This document shows, piece after piece, positions 60,873 through 64,000 of a stretch of DNA of 64,000 nt; position 1 is the first letter of the stretch, and each line of letters opens with the position of its first letter. The notes beneath the pieces were generated by a model, which was not told the origin of the DNA, made no database searches, and worked only from the letters and a program-made list of their open reading frames with translations. This stretch comes from Podarcis gaigeae. Its lineage: Eukaryota. The stretch lies in the NCBI GenBank assembly GCA_964106915.2, contig OZ066917.1. One strand, written 5' to 3'. The translations under genes and the position numbers were made by a program.

Positions 60873-63847
60873 ATGGCGGCGCACCCGGGGGAAGACAGCT
60901 CTCTCCCGTTGACGGAGGCGTCCCCTGGCAGCCCGGGGCCCGGAGAGGAAGCGGGGTCCGAGGAGCTGCCCATGGTGTTCCTGTGCGCTGGCTGCAAGCG
61001 GCCCGTAGGAGACACGCTCGGCTGGGAGTTCAACGACGAGGACACCAACTGCATCTTGTTGAAGAGTGAGCGACGAGGCGCCCGCCCGCCGGCCCGCGCG
61101 GCTAATCACCTGGGAAACGCTCTGCGCCCGCCCGCACCGCGGCTTTCCCTCGCGCGTGCAAATATTCGCGCGCTCGTCCTCCTCTCCGCCCCCCCCCCCC
61201 AATAAACCAGCATTCAGTGGCTCCTCTCTTGGCTTTGTTCGCGCCCTTCTTTACGTAGGTCTTAGGACCCAAGTCTCCCTTCTTGAGGCGGTTTTAGGCT
61301 GCGCCATCACTTGAAATTATCTGGGCGACTTAAGAGGGAATTAAAGCAAAGGCATTGCAATAAAAGAACGTGAATATGGTGAAGCTGCAGAAGGAACAGC
61401 AAAACACTTGAAAAGAGAGAACGGGGGAAAGATTCTGCAGTGCTAACGTTGCCATCCTATATTTGTGTGTGCGTCCAGTTATTTTCAGTGGGGTTTTCGC
61501 CCAGGTAAATGTGCTTAAACATGCAGCCAAAGATAATTCATGGGACTCAGTTCTAGTGCTAGTGACGTATATGCCACTTTTTAATTTCCAAAGTGTATTG
61601 GAATATGCATTAAACTTACTCCTTGCCACCCGGTTGACCAAAGCATGTGGGCATTATTGTGCCCCTTAGTTGGGACAGAGGTTTTTGCCAACCCACTTCA
61701 GTGTTTTCCCATTCTGTGTTGGCGATAAATAGCATAATTGGGCTGGGAGTACTTATGGGAGACTACTTTTCTACTGATCTTACATCTTTTGATTTTCAGA
61801 TGTTACGCTCAATGTTTCAGTGGACAAGGAACAAAAACTTTCAAGCCGAGCAGGCGAATATGGCTGGTAAGCGGTGAAAATCCCAAAGTGAAACAGATGT
61901 GTCACACAATAAAGCTTTATGCTAAAGAAGAAAGTCAAAAGAAAGGTTTGCCCTAAAAGTATCTATATGGGCTAATAGACAATATGTTTGGACTCATTTT
62001 TATTAGGAAGGGGAATAGGAAGCCACTTTAGAGCAGGTTTTTTTGGTCTGTTTTTTTGAAGCCATCTGTTTTAAGCCTGTTACTCATACTGAATCTTTGA
62101 GGAAGTGTGGGATGTATATCTTATTATGTTAGTCTTTTCAGGATTTTTTAGGAGACATTCCTTGGGAAGTGTGTGCATACATAATAAAAATACATAGGTT
62201 AATGATCTTCAGTGCTTGCTACTGAGTTGTCACTTCTTAAAATATTTACAAGTGTTCCAAGAAAAGTAATTTCCACACAGTTTTGAATCTGTTTGAACAT
62301 TTAAGCTACATTGTTTGTGCTTATTGACTAAGACTAAAACTGGTTTAAGAGTTTGGTTCACATCTGCTAACCATCACTCTGAATAGTTGTTTTGTTTTTT
62401 TGCGCACTTGCATGAATGCAGTACATGGGAATTTGCACCTTTTTGACCAAGTCCTTAAAAAAAGTCCTGGGAAAACCATTTTTTTAATGGACTGATTCTT
62501 AAAATGTAATGCAGTGGTTGGAGTACCCAGCAAGGACTTGAATGTGGTGGAATCAGCTATTATCAAAAGCACGAAGGTCTGGGTGATCAGACCATGGCTG
62601 GGGACTCTGCTGGGTAGCACCCAAGAAGCATAAGAAGGTTCTAATAGTGGGTTCCCAACCCGCTTCAGGTTGATCCCTCTGACACCTTTGGCTGTCCTGT
62701 CTAACATGGATGCCTGGTCTTGTTTATCCCTCTTGAGACCATAAACACGGGGCCCCTGTACAAACCAAGACAGTTCAGCTTCTGCCTTATCTGTTATCTC
62801 TCAAATAGGCCCCAAGCTGGCTGTCTCCAGGGTGCCTGGCATTGTATTACAAAGCATCACATAGTGTTACATTTTGCCTGACTGCCTTCTCCCAGACTTG
62901 CTTGGTTGTTGTGTCTTTTTTATCGTGAAGTGGCCTTCACATGCACAGCTGCTTCTGACACCTGTGGTAATCTCTTGGCCTTCCTTGTAAAGGAAGGTCA
63001 CCCACTCGCAGTCACACTCTAGGCTGTCTTTGCTTTATGATCTAATTAAGTTGAAGAGCAAAGGAGAGAACTGGAAAAAAGGTTGCAATGGTACAGTATT
63101 AGGATTTTCAAACCAGATTAATACAACAAAGTATATAAAATAATTCTGTCTGATTGCAATAACTATTTCAGAATAAATTCATATCTTGACTGCATTGCCA
63201 CAAAATCCCTACTTGGCTGTGAATACCAGTTGGTGATTTTGGAGCCAGGCATTAAGACACAGACCAACCTAGAGGAGTGTTGTGAATGATAGAATTGTAG
63301 AGTTGGAAAGGGACCCTGAGGGTCATCTAGTCCAACCCCCTGCAATGTAGGAATCTCAACTAAAGCATCCATGACAGATAGCCATCCAACTTTAAAACTT
63401 CCAATGAAGGAGAGTCTGCAACCTCTTGAGGGAGACCGTTCCACTGTTGGAACAGCTCTTACTGTCAGAAAGTTCTTCCTGATGTTTAGTGATGATAACT
63501 AGGAGTGGGCAGGAATGCCAGGTATGCTGCTAGAAGCTCCTCAGAAGGAGGACAGGATAAATCATTTTTATTTAAAATATATGTAAAAAAAACAACTTTC
63601 CACTAATTGTTTTATGCCATTTGTTTAATTTGTACTGGAAGTGGTACATTGCTGTGTTCCGAATTACAACATGAACATGTTAAAATGATGTTACATATTT
63701 TCTAAGTGATGCTTTGCTTTACAGCATGCTTGAAACCTTGTTTTGCACTGGGTGCAACATGACCCTTGGAAGCATTTACAGATGCACTCCGAGACATCTG
63801 GATTATAAACGAGATTTATTTTGCTTAAATGTTGATGCTCTTGAAAG
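60873..63847 (+). CDS. MIS18A: MIS18A (Mis18-alpha kinetochore protein), coding exons 1-3 (60873-61065, 61800-61866, 63725-63847); gene continues beyond the window
   Basis: [19 protein letters not shown]...[23 protein letters not shown]...[42 protein letters not shown] is a Yippee/Mis18 domain with two CxxC pairs; GT-AG introns with consistent phases. Confidence 0.96.
63289..63490 (-). mobile_element. CR1 LINE 3' end
   Basis: ATAGAATTGTAGAGTTGGAAAGGGACCC...GGTCATCTAGTCCAACCCCCTGC...GTCAGAAAGTTCTTCCT, typical of a CR1 3' UTR and RT end. Confidence 0.85.
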
Positions 63848-64000
63848 GTAAGCAAAGCAATAGTTCTGTTTGCCTTTCTTCTGATGATAATTGATTATTT
63901 AAATACTCTTAAAACTGGACAACTTCCTCAATACTCCAGGTTATTTCTGATGTGCGTAAAGTTTTTTGCGGGGAGGGGAGGAACAGTAGTCCAAATATTT

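Noticed and set aside
60570-61202. 210-aa ORF antisense to MIS18A exon 1
   Set aside because: Shadow ORF of the CpG island and the coding strand.

Overview
Eukaryotic genomic DNA from a squamate reptile. The Sauria SINEs, CR1/L2/L1 LINE pieces, hAT and Tc1/mariner MITEs and Penelope ends suggest a lacertid-type lizard (inference). The window carries the conserved EVA1C-URB1-MRAP-MIS18A block known from human 21q22. It holds coding exon 1 of EVA1C (- strand) and a complete 39-exon URB1 gene (+, 10076-57911, about 2284 aa, all introns GT-AG and phase-consistent by manual assembly). It also holds a very compact MRAP (MRAP1) gene on the - strand that the ORF track misses entirely, and coding exons 1-3 of MIS18A (+, continuing beyond the window). 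The most interesting observations are the lizard MRAP1 with an apparently near-absent C-terminal tail and SF-1-type promoter sites, and a young hAT element in URB1 intron 4 that seems to carry captured CpG-island/exon sequence. Also notable are decayed Penelope hammerhead ribozymes, a structured uORF-containing region upstream of URB1, a candidate antisense promoter in URB1 intron 30, and a (TCAT)10 NOVA-type cluster at a frame-preserving exon. Two assembly gaps are present. I see no compelling evidence for a wholly new multi-gene system. All calls are by eye; no searches were run.
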